Of a stretch of DNA of 64,000 nt, positions 9,077 to 19,500 are shown one piece after another. Both the position numbers and the translations under genes were made by a program. The notes under the pieces were generated by a model, which searched no databases, was not told the DNA's origin, and saw nothing but the letters and a program-made list of their open reading frames with translations. The DNA is from Candidatus Marinacidobacterium sp. (GTDB taxonomy: Bacteria; Acidobacteriota; Vicinamibacteria; Marinacidobacterales; Marinacidobacteraceae). The DNA is taken from contig CBDCRI010000001.1 of NCBI GenBank assembly GCA_965220965.1, forward strand, positions 192,001 to 256,000. Reading direction: 5' to 3'. Each line of letters starts with the position of its first letter. Positions within the stretch are counted from its first letter, which is position 1.

Positions 9077-10048
9077 TCACGGCCGCGGGAACCCCGCCCC
9101 GGCGGGTCGCGGGGCCGGCGCGCCCAGCGGCCGCCCCTGCGGGTCGAAGGCGGCCTCCATCCGCCGCTCTACGACGTGGCGGCGCAGCCACACGCGCCGC
9201 TCCACGACGATCGCGCCGGCCGCCCCGGCGGGCGCGCGCACGCAGACCCTGACCCGTCCGCCGTCGCCCCGGATCCAGTCGTGCAGCGCACCCTCCGCCA
9301 CGTCGAGCATCGCGCGGGCCAGCGGCGTCGCCGCGAACGCCGCCTCCCTCTCCGCGGCCCCGGCGTCGGACGGGCCGGCGGACGCGCCCCCGGCTCCCAC
9401 CTCCAGGCCGTCCAGCCAAAGCTCCTCGCCCGCCCCGATGAAGGTGGCCTCGATCCGAGCCTCGCGCCCTGCGGGGAGGCCCGCCCGCAGCTCGCCGACG
9501 CCGGCCTGGATGGCCCGCGCGGCGCCGGGGCCGAGGTCGAGCTCGTCGGTGCCCGGCACCGGCGCCGCCGAGCCCCTGGGGATGGCGGTCGAGTGCGCCG
9601 CGCCGGGCCTGGGGACGACGAAGCGCTCGGCCGTGCGGACCGCCGACAGCGAGACCGCCCCGTCTGGCACGGACACGGTGACGGCGAGCGTCCCGCCACC
9701 GCCCTGCTCCAGGCCGTCGAGGTCCGGGCGCTCCTCGATCAGCCGCCAGGCCAGGTCGGCGGCGCGCTCGCGCATGGCCTCGGTCTCGCCCTCGGCAAAG
9801 CCCGGCTCGTCGGACTCCACGTCCATCGGCCCGCCGTCGTCGCGCCAGCGGGCGGCGCGCCCGCCGAAGCGGCAGGAGACGCGCTCCACCGCCCCCTCGT
9901 CGCCGAAGCCCGACCAGTGCACGGTGACCGTCTCCGGCGGCGCCGGGCCGTAGGCGGCCGCGACCTCCGCCAGCAGCGCCCGCAGCGCGGCGTGCGAGGC
10001 CCCGCGCCTGGCGCGGTCCACGGCCTGCGTCCCTTGCCTCTCCTCCAT
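9077..10048 (-). CDS. hypothetical protein, possibly two DUF6878-like domains
   Basis: VHWSGFGDEGAVE...GGGGTLAVTV and a second EATFIGAGEE...GDGGRVRV unit; ends FPRP. Confidence 0.55.
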   Translation of the reverse strand: MEERQGTQAVDRARRGASHAALRALLAEVAAAYGPAPPETVTVHWSGFGDEGAVERVSCRFGGRAARWRDDGGPMDVESDEPGFAEGETEAMRERAADLAWRLIEERPDLDGLEQGGGGTLAVTVSVPDGAVSLSAVRTAERFVVPRPGAAHSTAIPRGSAAPVPGTDELDLGPGAARAIQAGVGELRAGLPAGREARIEATFIGAGEELWLDGLEVGAGGASAGPSDAGAAEREAAFAATPLARAMLDVAEGALHDWIRGDGGRVRVCVRAPAGAAGAIVVERRVWLRRHVVERRMEAAFDPQGRPLGAPAPRPAGAGFPRP

Positions 10049-10326
10049 GGAACCATTAAAGCAATCGGCTGACAGGGGGGGCGGCGCCTTTCTCACCCTG
10101 ATTGTCGCTGGCCTCCGCATTGCCTCTCATCTTGATTGTCGCTAGACAGCGCCCCCTTCGGGGCGGCAATGGCGGCGCCGGCCCCGCGCGCCTGCGCCTG
10201 CCTTTGCTTTTGTGCAGCGATTGCCTCTATGCTGTCAGCCCGCAGCGCCGTTGCGCGCTCGGGGAGAGGGCAGGCCGCCAGAGGACAGGCGAGGAGGAGC
10301 TGTGGGCGATCGGCCACCGCCACACC

Positions 10327-11424
10327 GTGCATAACCCGGAACCGGCCGCCTTGGCCCCCCGCCGCCCCGCCGCCCCGCCGGCCGAGCCGGACGCCGCGGC
10401 GGCGCTGGCGGCGCTGCGCCTGGCCTTCAGCGAGCCCCAGGCGCCGGCCTCGCGCAACGTGCGCATCTTCATGCGCTACTTCACCCCCTTCGAAGGGCGC
10501 GCCACCCTGCGGGGCATCGGCGCGGACATGGGCCTGACCCGGGAGCGGGTCCGCCAGGTGGTGGAGGCCGTCGCCGCCGGCTCCAAGCGGCACCGCCTGC
10601 GCGCGCCGCTGGCCGCCGCGGTGGACGCCCTCGGCAGCGCCTCGCCGGTCCGGGTGGACGCCGTCTCGCCCGGCCTGGCCGCCCCCGGGCAGCTGCTGCG
10701 CCTGGCCAAGGCCCTCGGCGTGGACGCCGGGGGCCTGTCCCTGGAGGTGGTGCGCGGCGCCGAGGTGCTCGCCTTCGCCGCCGACGCCAAGGCGCTGCGC
10801 GCCGCCCTCGCCAGCCTCGAGCGGCAGACCGCCCGCCGCGGGCTGGCGGACGTGCCGACGGCGGTGCGCGCCGGCACCCGCGACGCGGCCCTGCAGCCCC
10901 GCCTGCGGCGCTTCATGCTCCGGGACATGCCGCGCTACCCGCTGGCCTGGGTGGCGGCCGACGGGCGCTGCGCGCAGTTCGGCCCCGCCTGCGCCAAGCT
11001 CAGCCGCAACATCGGCAAGGCGCTCGCGCTGTACGGCGCCATCGAGGAGCGCGACTTCGTCAGCGGCCTGCTGCGCCTGTTCCGCCGCGGGGAGGTGGAC
11101 GGCGCCGGGGCCGCGCACCGCGAGGCGATGCTGTCGGCCGCCGCCGCGCTGCCGTTCGCGGAGCGCTCGGGCGGCTGCGTGCGGGCCGCCGGCGCGCCGC
11201 CGGCCAGCCCGGGGGAGGACGCGGGCGACGCCTTCCTGGAGGACCGCATCGCGGCCCACGTGCTGGCGCGGGGGCAGGCGTCGATCAAGGAGATCATGGC
11301 GCGCTTCGGCCTGCCCAGGACGCTGGTGGCGCCGATCCTGTGCTACTCGGCCCTGCTGCTGCCCACCGGCCGGCCCGGCGTGTACCGGGCGCTGGCCCAG
11401 CGCCCGGCGGACGGGCCGGGCTAG
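10327..11424 (+). CDS. sigma70 region-4-like HTH protein
   Basis: ATLRGIGADMGLTRERVRQV. Start uncertain (ORF is open from 10102). Confidence 0.7.
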   Translation: MHNPEPAALAPRRPAAPPAEPDAAAALAALRLAFSEPQAPASRNVRIFMRYFTPFEGRATLRGIGADMGLTRERVRQVVEAVAAGSKRHRLRAPLAAAVDALGSASPVRVDAVSPGLAAPGQLLRLAKALGVDAGGLSLEVVRGAEVLAFAADAKALRAALASLERQTARRGLADVPTAVRAGTRDAALQPRLRRFMLRDMPRYPLAWVAADGRCAQFGPACAKLSRNIGKALALYGAIEERDFVSGLLRLFRRGEVDGAGAAHREAMLSAAAALPFAERSGGCVRAAGAPPASPGEDAGDAFLEDRIAAHVLARGQASIKEIMARFGLPRTLVAPILCYSALLLPTGRPGVYRALAQRPADGPG

Positions 11425-12824
11425 CCGGCGCTGACGCCGTTGGCCGGCGCCCCCGGCCCCGGCAGGCGCCCGGCCAGCGCCCAGGCGGCCTCCCACTCGG
11501 GAACGCCGCGCCCGAACCGGGCGTGCACGGCCTGCAGGGCGGCGGCCGCGTCGCCGCCGTGCACGGCGGCCCAGCGGCGCACCATGCACAGCGCCGCCAG
11601 CGGCTCGAAGCGCTCCGCGGCGGCCTCGACGTCGGCCTCGATGAGGGCGACCGCGGCGGCCGCGGACACCGGCCCGCGGATGCGGCGCCAGACCGCCTCG
11701 TAGCGCTCCCCCCAGGGGTTGGCGAACTCGCCGTTCGGCTCCGCGGGGTCGATGCCGCGGCGGTAGGCCGCCTCCGCGTTGGCCACCCACACCGCCACCG
11801 CCCGCTCGTCGAGCCGGACGCCGCGGGCCTTGTCCCAGGCGGAGGCGAACATCTCCGGCAGCTCGTCGAGGGTGTTGCCCGACTCCATGGGGCGCGAGCC
11901 GTGCCGGCTTGCGGTGCGCAGCATCCAGGCGGTCAGCGCGGTGACCGCGCGCTCGTCGCCGCAGCGCACCGGACTGCCCGCCGCCGCCATGGTCACCTTG
12001 AGGGCGAACGCGTGCCGCGAGTCGCTCTCATCGAGCGCCTCGACGGCCGGCCGGAAGCGGTGCGCGAGGTCGGCCTCCGAGAACCCGGCCACGCCCTCCG
12101 TCCAGCCGAGCCGCGTCGGGTCGGCCGGGCCGGACGGGGCCGCCCCCGGCGCGGCCGGCGGCGCCCGCCTGGGGGCCCGCCGCGGCCTGCCGGCGGCCCC
12201 GCCGGGGGCGGCGCCGCCGTGGCCGAGCAGGAAGGCCGCGTCCACCCAGGGGCCGCGGGTGCGCTGGATGGTGCCGGTCCAGTCGTTGTCCGGATGGGTG
12301 GCCGGCAGGTAGTAGACGCCCGAGGGGTTCTGCCGCTGGGTGTCGGCGCCGCAGGCGCGCAGCAGGCCGAGCACGTGCGCCTTCCACTGCTCCGCGGGAA
12401 CGTCCTGGGCGAGAGGCGCCACCAGCCGGTACTTGTGCGGCTTCTCCGCGGTCCACGAGTAGGTCCGGTGGATGACGTGCTCGCGGCCGGCGAAGCGCTC
12501 CCGCGCCCGGTCGAGGGCGCCCGGGGCGTCGAGGTCGAGCACCACCATGGTCACCGCCGCCACGTTGGCGTCCAGCCGCACCGAGCGGGTCGGCCGGCCG
12601 GTGTGGCGGCTGACCTTGTCCGACACCCGCCACTCCGACGGCGGCTTGTAGCGCGCCGGGATGAAGCAGGGGCCGTCCTTGCGCGCCAGCGGCCGGTAGC
12701 CCGAGAGGTGCTCGGCCACGAAGGCCTCCCAGGTGCCGGTCTCCATGCCGCGCTCCAGGTCCTCGCGCCGCGTGCATGACGCGGAGTCCATGAGCAGGCG
12801 GGCGAGCTGGCGGTCGCCGCTCAC
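11421..12824 (-). CDS. AEP-type primase / primase-polymerase-like protein
   Basis: RLDANVAAVTMVVLDLD, VIHRTYS, KYRLVAPL, D....PS.VYYLP. GTG start overlaps the recJ stop. Confidence 0.7.
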   Translation of the reverse strand: MSGDRQLARLLMDSASCTRREDLERGMETGTWEAFVAEHLSGYRPLARKDGPCFIPARYKPPSEWRVSDKVSRHTGRPTRSVRLDANVAAVTMVVLDLDAPGALDRARERFAGREHVIHRTYSWTAEKPHKYRLVAPLAQDVPAEQWKAHVLGLLRACGADTQRQNPSGVYYLPATHPDNDWTGTIQRTRGPWVDAAFLLGHGGAAPGGAAGRPRRAPRRAPPAAPGAAPSGPADPTRLGWTEGVAGFSEADLAHRFRPAVEALDESDSRHAFALKVTMAAAGSPVRCGDERAVTALTAWMLRTASRHGSRPMESGNTLDELPEMFASAWDKARGVRLDERAVAVWVANAEAAYRRGIDPAEPNGEFANPWGERYEAVWRRIRGPVSAAAAVALIEADVEAAAERFEPLAALCMVRRWAAVHGGDAAAALQAVHARFGRGVPEWEAAWALAGRLPGPGAPANGVSAG

Positions 12825-14599
12825 GGCGCGGCCCCGGCCGCCGGCCGCGCCGCCAGGGCGGGGCCGTCGAGGACGTCGAGGATGCGCACCTGGAACTCGG
12901 CGCGCCCGTGGCGGCGGCGCACCTCCAGGGCGTAGCGGCAGTCGATCGCCGGCCCCTGCGCCGCCGCGCGCGGCGGCCCGTCCCCGTGGCGCGAGAACAG
13001 CACGCCCTCGAAGCGCCGCTCCGGGGCGGACGGGCAGGCCAGCAGCAGGCGCAGGTGGCCGCCGCGCAGCGGCGTGCGCTCGGCGACCCGCAGCCGCCCG
13101 GCGAAGGCCGGCGGCTCGAACCCGGCCCCCCAGTGGGCCCCGGCCTCCAGCGCCAGGGCCGTCTCCAGGCCGTGCCACTCGGCGGGCGGGTCGATGCGGT
13201 CGACGTAGCGCGCCCCGTCCAGGGCGCCGGGCGCCGCGGTGGCCGCCACCGCCTCCGCGAACGCCTCGCGGAACGGCTCCAGGGCGTCCTCCCGGATGGA
13301 CAGCCCGGCAGCCATCGCGTGGCCGCCGAAGCCGTGGAACCAGTCGGGCCTGGCGCTGTGCAGGCCGTCGAGGACGTGCTTCACGTGCACCCCCTCCACG
13401 GAGCGCGCGCTGCCCTTCAGGCGGCCGGCGCCGGACTGCGCGAAGCACACCGCCGGGCGGCCGTGGCGCTCCACCAGGCGGCTCGCCGCCAGCCCCACCA
13501 CGCCCTCGTGGGCGCCCGCCCGGAACGCCACCATGGCGGCGGCGCCGGCCTCCGCGCCCCAGTCGCCGAGGTCGAGCGAGGCCAGCCGGTCGAGCTCGTC
13601 GCGCCGCTCGACGTTCATCGCCTCCAGCGCCCGGGCGAGGCGCGAGGCGGTGCGGAAGTCGGGCGCCCGCAGCGCGTCGATGCCGGCGCTCATGTTGGCC
13701 ATGCGGCCCGCCGCGTTCAGGCGCGGGCCGATGCCGAAGCTGATGTCGGCGGTGGTCAGGTGGTCGCGGTCGATGCGCGCCTGCGCCATCAGCGCCTTGA
13801 TCCCCGGCCGCCCGCGGCCCGCCCGCAGCCGGGCGATGCCGTGCTCCACCAGGGTGCGGTTGACGCGGTCCATGGGCACCATGTCGGCCACCGTGGCGAG
13901 CGCCACCAGGTCAAGCAGCGCCGCGATGTCCGGCTCCCCGTCGGGAAAGGCGCCGCGCTCGCGCAGCGCCTGGCGCACGGCGGCGGCGACGTACCAGGCC
14001 ACGCCGCAGCCGGCCAGGCTGCGCGTCGGGAAGCCGCAGCGCGGCCGGTTGGGGTTGACGATGGCCAGCGCCTCCGGCTCGCCCAGGGCGCTCTCCAGGT
14101 GGTGGTCGGTGATGATCAGGTCGGGCGGCCGCGCCCAGGAGGCCACCGCCCGCGCCCCGTCGATGCTCGCGGTGCCGTTGTCCACGGTGACCAGCACGTC
14201 GGGCCGGCGCGCCTCCAGGTGCGCCGCCACCGCCGGCGACAGGCCGTAGCCGTGCGCCACGCGGTCCGGCACCGCCCACTCGACCTGGCTGGCGCCGAAG
14301 CCGGCGAGCGCCTCGGCCATCACCGTGGTGGCGGTGGCGCCGTCCACGTCGTAGTCGCCGAGGATGAGCACGCGCTCGCCGCGCTGCACCGCGTCGGCCA
14401 GCCGGTCGGCCGCCTTGCCGATGTCGGCCATGGCGCGCGGCTGCGGCAGCCCGCCGAGCCCGGTGTCGAGGTCGCCGGCGCCGCGCACGCCGCGGTTGTG
14501 CAGGCAGAGGTCGAGGCAGGCGTTGCCGGTCAGCGGCGCCGGGGCGGCGCCGTCGCCGCGCACGATGATCGGCCTCTCGATGTCCCCCGGATTGTCCAC
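12821..14599 (-). CDS. recJ: ssDNA-specific 5'-3' exonuclease RecJ
   Basis: GDYDVDGAT, PDRVAHGYGL, TVDNG, ITDHH, ATVADMVP, GPRLNAAGR, GSARS, GGHAMAAG. Confidence 0.95.
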   Translation of the reverse strand: MDNPGDIERPIIVRGDGAAPAPLTGNACLDLCLHNRGVRGAGDLDTGLGGLPQPRAMADIGKAADRLADAVQRGERVLILGDYDVDGATATTVMAEALAGFGASQVEWAVPDRVAHGYGLSPAVAAHLEARRPDVLVTVDNGTASIDGARAVASWARPPDLIITDHHLESALGEPEALAIVNPNRPRCGFPTRSLAGCGVAWYVAAAVRQALRERGAFPDGEPDIAALLDLVALATVADMVPMDRVNRTLVEHGIARLRAGRGRPGIKALMAQARIDRDHLTTADISFGIGPRLNAAGRMANMSAGIDALRAPDFRTASRLARALEAMNVERRDELDRLASLDLGDWGAEAGAAAMVAFRAGAHEGVVGLAASRLVERHGRPAVCFAQSGAGRLKGSARSVEGVHVKHVLDGLHSARPDWFHGFGGHAMAAGLSIREDALEPFREAFAEAVAATAAPGALDGARYVDRIDPPAEWHGLETALALEAGAHWGAGFEPPAFAGRLRVAERTPLRGGHLRLLLACPSAPERRFEGVLFSRHGDGPPRAAAQGPAIDCRYALEVRRRHGRAEFQVRILDVLDGPALAARPAAGAAP

Positions 14600-14693
14600 G
14601 GGGCCATTGTACAATCCGGCGGCCCGGCGGCCCCGCGCGACGCCCGGCCGCTATAATGGCGGCAGCCCCGTTGCGCGCCGGAGGGAGCGCCCC

Positions 14694-15341
14694 ATGAACC
14701 AAGGCCCGGCCTACGGCTTCCACTTCCTGCTGCCGATGCCCGACCTCGCGGCCGCCCGCCGCGCGGAGGCGGCGATTGCGCTGCTGACGAAGGGCGGCGC
14801 GCGCATCGAGTGGCCCCGCGCGCCGGCGGACGGGGACGGCCCCCCGCGGATCGGCTCGAAGGCCTTCCCGTCGCCGGCGTCCCTGTTCCGCGGCACCGCT
14901 CCCCTGCCGGCCTCCGAGGAGGCCCTCGACCTGGCCTGGCGCCTGGCCAACGACCTGCTGGCGCAGGCGGACGGCCGCCACTCGTTGGAGGCCTGCCTGG
15001 AGAGGGACGGATGGTGGCCCGGGTTCTACCCCGCCGCCGAGGAGAATTGGAGGCGGGGCGCCACCCTGAGGTTCCATGCGCGGGGGCGGTCGGCCAGCGT
15101 TGAAGGCGCCGCCGCCCTGGTTGTCGGGCTGTGCCGGGCGCTCGACCTGCCGCCCCACGAATGGGAGTGGTGGCTCTGGTCCACGGGCGGGCCCGCCGCA
15201 TGCCTCAGCGGGACGGTGGCATGCTCCCGGGAGGGCGCGGAGCACCGCCTCCCGACCGCTTGGGGGGCGCCCACGCTTGGCGAAGCGCAAGCCGAAGGCA
15301 CTTCGGCCGGGCGCGCCTGGGTGCGGTCCCCGGATCCCTGA
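14694..15341 (+). CDS. hypothetical protein, paralog of 15451-16107
   Basis: GGAG RBS, TATAAT at 14652. Shares PMPD..A.RRAEAA..LLT.G.ARI.WP, FPSPASL, AWRLAN.LL, EGAAAL.VGLCRA with the next gene. Confidence 0.8.
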   Translation: MNQGPAYGFHFLLPMPDLAAARRAEAAIALLTKGGARIEWPRAPADGDGPPRIGSKAFPSPASLFRGTAPLPASEEALDLAWRLANDLLAQADGRHSLEACLERDGWWPGFYPAAEENWRRGATLRFHARGRSASVEGAAALVVGLCRALDLPPHEWEWWLWSTGGPAACLSGTVACSREGAEHRLPTAWGAPTLGEAQAEGTSAGRAWVRSPDP

Positions 15342-15450
15342 CCGCGGCCGTCCAGCGACACGCTGGGCCACTGACGCCGCCGCGGGGGCCGAAGCGGCGC
15401 TGCGCTCCTACAATGGTTCGGCGACGACCACTGCCGGAGGGCGGCCTTCG

Positions 15451-16107
15451 ATGACCAACTACCACAAGCGCTTCAACTTCGACATGCCCATGCCGGACGC
15501 CGAGGCCGGACGCCGGGCCGAGGCCGCCGTCGGCCTGCTCACCGACGGCGACGCCCGGATCGCCTGGCCCAGCCTGCCCGACGACCTGGCCGAGAATCCC
15601 TGGCGCGGCTCGATCCCCTTCCCCTCGCCGGCCTCGCTGCTGCGCGGCCCGCCGCCGCCGGGGACGTCCCAGGCCGTCGTGGAGACGGCCTGGCGGCTGG
15701 CCAACGAGCTGCTGGAGCAGGAGGACGGGCGCCACGCCCTGCGCTACCACCGCCTCATGGGCGCGTGGTCCCCCGGGGTCGTGGCCGAATACCGCGAGGA
15801 CGAAAGGCTCGGCCCCACGCTGGCCTTCGAAGGCGACGCGGAATGCGCCTCCGCGGAGGGCGCCGCGGCCCTGGCCGTCGGCCTGTGCCGGGCCTATGAC
15901 CTGCCGGCGTTCGCTTGGGAGTGGGCGGCCTGGACCGACCCGCCGCAGCCCCACACCTGCCATGGCGGGGCGGTGGTGTGCTCCCGGGCGGGCGTTCAGC
16001 AGATGCAGCCGCTCGCGTGGATCGACGCGACGCTCAAGCGCCTCGCCGACGCCGAGGCCGCCAACGCCCCGAAGCCGGCCGCGCCCTCCCCGGCGCCGGG
16101 CCCCTAG
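15451..16107 (+). CDS. hypothetical protein, paralog of 14694-15341
   Basis: GGAGG RBS, upstream TACAAT; ends PKPAAPSPAPGP. Confidence 0.8.
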   Translation: MTNYHKRFNFDMPMPDAEAGRRAEAAVGLLTDGDARIAWPSLPDDLAENPWRGSIPFPSPASLLRGPPPPGTSQAVVETAWRLANELLEQEDGRHALRYHRLMGAWSPGVVAEYREDERLGPTLAFEGDAECASAEGAAALAVGLCRAYDLPAFAWEWAAWTDPPQPHTCHGGAVVCSRAGVQQMQPLAWIDATLKRLADAEAANAPKPAAPSPAPGP

Positions 16108-16244
16108 GGCCGATGCCGGGAAGCGCGGGCGGGCGCCGGGGGGCGCGGGCGATGGGGGGGGGGGGGGGACGTTTCCGCCAGCCTTGCTATACTCCAGCAA
16201 CCCGCAGCCACTGGGGGCGTCGCGATGACCGCCTTGCAGACCCC

Positions 16245-16553
16245 GTGAACGACTTCGACGACCACCGAGTCACGACGCTGCCGTCGCGGCTCGCCCCGCG
16301 GCCCGTCGAGCCCCGGCCGACCGTGGTGAGGGCCGCCCCTGCGGAGATCGACGGGCACAGCGAGGCGCTAGCCGCCGAGGGCGGCGGCCCGATCGAGGTG
16401 CTGCTGCTCGACGAGCGGCGCATCGCCAGCCTTGAGGCCGGCCAGGGCGCAGCCTACGAGCCGGCCTGGTCGGAGACCGGCCCGGACGGGGAGCGCCTGC
16501 TGCTCTGGCGGCCCGGCCCGGCGCCGGCGCCCAAGCCCTCCCCCGCGCCCTAG
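16245..16553 (+). CDS. hypothetical protein
   Basis: GTG start, upstream TGCTATACT; ends PAPKPSPAP. Confidence 0.55.
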   Translation: MNDFDDHRVTTLPSRLAPRPVEPRPTVVRAAPAEIDGHSEALAAEGGGPIEVLLLDERRIASLEAGQGAAYEPAWSETGPDGERLLLWRPGPAPAPKPSPAP

Positions 16554-16569
16554 CCGCCGGCGCCGGGGG

Positions 16570-19500
16570 TCACGGCCCCACCGCGGGGTCGAACGCCCTG
16601 CACGCCCACTCCGCCGCCCCGGGCGCCCTTGCGTACACCCGGTGGACCGGCCCGTCGACCCGCCAGGCCAGCCCCAGCCTGGGGGTGCCCTCGGACGCGC
16701 CGAGGAACGCCGTCAGGTCCAGCGTGACCTCTGCCCGCGCCGGCGCGGGCGCCTCCGCCGCCCCGCAGGCGCCGGCCTCGCGGCCGAACGCGAGCTGCCA
16801 TCCGCCGCTGGCCCCCGGGTTCGGCCAGGCCGGCAGCCCGTCGGCCGCGAAGGCCTCGATCGCCGACGCGTCGGGACGGCGCGCGCCGCCGTCCCCCTCC
16901 ACCACCGGCACGACCACCGCGACGCTGCGCTGGGCGCCGGTCGGCGCGTCGCCCGGACGGACGGCCAGGCCGGCGTTGCGCACCATGTCCCGCCACGTCT
17001 CGGCCGAGGGCACGTTGGGCTCCGCCGGGCTGCGCTCGTTGACGTCGCGCACGCCGGCGCCGTCGAGGTGGGCCACCAGTCCCGGCGCGCGGCTGAGCAG
17101 GTCGAGCCACTCGCCGTCCACCAGGCGCGCCGGCTCGCCCGGCCCCGGGGCGGCCACGTGGAGCAGGTGGGCGGCCGCGTAGGCCCAGGTCTCCACCGCC
17201 TCCCGGTAGCCCTCCCATTGGCGGTCGTCGCAGCTCGCCGGCGTGCCGGGGTCGCACTGCGCCGACGGCACGGCCGGCACCAGGGCGATGCGGGCATGGG
17301 AGCCGTTGAGCGTTCGGCCGGTCCCGACGGTCGCCCGCAGGTCCGACCCGGAGGCCATCAGCACCCAGTCCTTCGGGTCCGTGGCCCGGCTGGCGAACGC
17401 GCCCAGCGCCTCGACCGCGTTGCCGCGGCCCGCCCTGCGGCCGCCGGCCGGCGGAGCCTCGATGTCGCGGGCGCGCAGCGGCAGCGGCACCCGGTCGCCG
17501 ACGTGGGCGAGGAACGCCAGGTGGCCGGCCGGCGCGCTGCCGCCCCAGTCGATGACCACCGGGCGGCGCAGGTCCTCCGCGCCCGCCTCGAAGGCGCCCC
17601 AGGCGACCGTGGCGACCGGCGAGGGGGCGTTGGCTTCGGGCAGCACCACCTGCAGCTCTCCGGACCACTCGCCGCCCTGCGGCAGCGCGAACAGCTGCCA
17701 GGTCCGCAGCGCGCCGGAGGGCGCCGCGGCGGTGCGCTCGGCGAGCGGCAGCAGGCGCTCGCGGGGGCCGGCGGCGCCGGCCGCGCGGTGGCTGACGATC
17801 GGCGCCAGGGCGTCCGGCCCCTCGGCGGCCAGGCTCAGGTGCGTTCGCCGGGCGCCATGGGGCGCCACGTAGCCCGGCTCGGTCCGTCCCAGCAGCGTGC
17901 GGTCGTCCGAGGGGTCGCTGGGGTCGCCGTAGTCCACCCGGCGCACGGTGCGGCCCTGGTGCCAGCCGAGCTGCGCCACGAACGGCAGCACGGCCTGGTC
18001 GAGGCCGCAGGCAAGCTCCACGGCGAAGGCCCGCGGGTCGAGCTCGAAGCCGCCGTTGCCGACGCCGACGGAGAGCGTGCCGCGCTGCACCGCCTTGCCG
18101 GTGCAGTCCCACTCCGCCACCAGGCGGACCTGCTCCTCCAGCCCGGCGGTGCGCGTCCGGTCGGCCAGCACGGCGCACTGGGCGGGCTCGAACGGCTCGG
18201 GCTCCTCCGGCCGCTGCGGCTCGTCGCCGCGGTCCTGCGGGGGAAGCGCGCGCCAGGCCTCCAGCTCGGCGAAGTACTCCGCGAGGTCGGCGGCGTACTT
18301 GCGCGCCTCGCGGTCGGCCCGGCGGCGCTCCGCCAGGCAGCTCAGCCAGCTGCCCGCCTCGAAGAAGCTCATGCGCCCCTCGGACGGCTCCGAGAGGCGC
18401 CAACGCACGTCCGCCACCGCGGCCCGGTTCGGGTTCAGGGAGGACTCAAGCTTCACGTCGGAGTAGCCCGAGTTGCGCAGCGAGTGGAGGTAGTCGTAGG
18501 CGAAGGCCGCCACCGTCGCGTCCAGCGGCGGCGGGCCGCAGGTGACGGCCACCGTTCGCTCCACCGTCGGGCCGCCGGAGGGGGTGACGCGCAGCGTGAC
18601 GTCGCGCGCGCCCTGCGCCGTGCAGGGCACGTGCAGGTGGACGTGCTCGCTGCCGAGCGGCGCCACCTCGACGCCGCGCAGGGTCGCATCGCCCTGGGGC
18701 AGGCGCCCGCCGGGATAGGTCTGGGAGAGCACCCCGCCCCCCGGCAGGGAGAGGTCGAAGCTGACGTCAGCGTCCTCGCGGCCGTTGCTCAGCTGCACGA
18801 CGCCCTCCGCGTACTCCAGCGCCCGTCCGACCGCCGTGAGGCCCTCCTGCACCGGCTCGACCGCCGCTAGGCAGTTGACCGCCACGTCGACGTCGCGCGT
18901 CCAGACCTCCGCGCCCGAGGCGGGGGACTCCGCCCGCAGCGCCACCGTGCCCGTGTGGGAGCTCGCGCCGCCCGCCGGGCACTGCGCCACCAGGATGAAG
19001 GCGGACATCGCGCCGGGCGGCAGGGCGACCTCGCCGACCGGCCGGCACAGGCCGGCGTCGCCCTCGCAGCCCTCCCAGTCCTCGGCCCGGTGCAGGGTGG
19101 CCTCAAGGCCGGCGAACTCGGCGGCCAGCGTCAGGAGCGGCGCCCGCGCGCCCTCCCCGCGGGCGCGGTTCTCCACCCACAGCGGGATGATGGCGTTGGC
19201 GGCCTCGCCGCCGACCCGCCGCGTGACCCGCTCGGGGAGGGCGTGCAGGGGGGCGCCGGCGCAGGTCACCGGCACGCTGAGCGTGGCGCCGCCGTAGCCG
19301 TCGGCCGCCGCCGCCGCGACGGCGCGCGGCGCATCCGCGCCGGTCTCCTCCCGGCATTCCACGGCGTACGCCTGCGGGGCGGAGGTGGCGTTGGCCGGCA
19401 CCGTGACCCGGACGGTCTCAACCGGCGAGTCGGCGCCCTCGAAGGAGACCGCGAAGGTCCGCTCGATCGGGCTGGCGTTGACGATCCGCACCGCCGCGGA

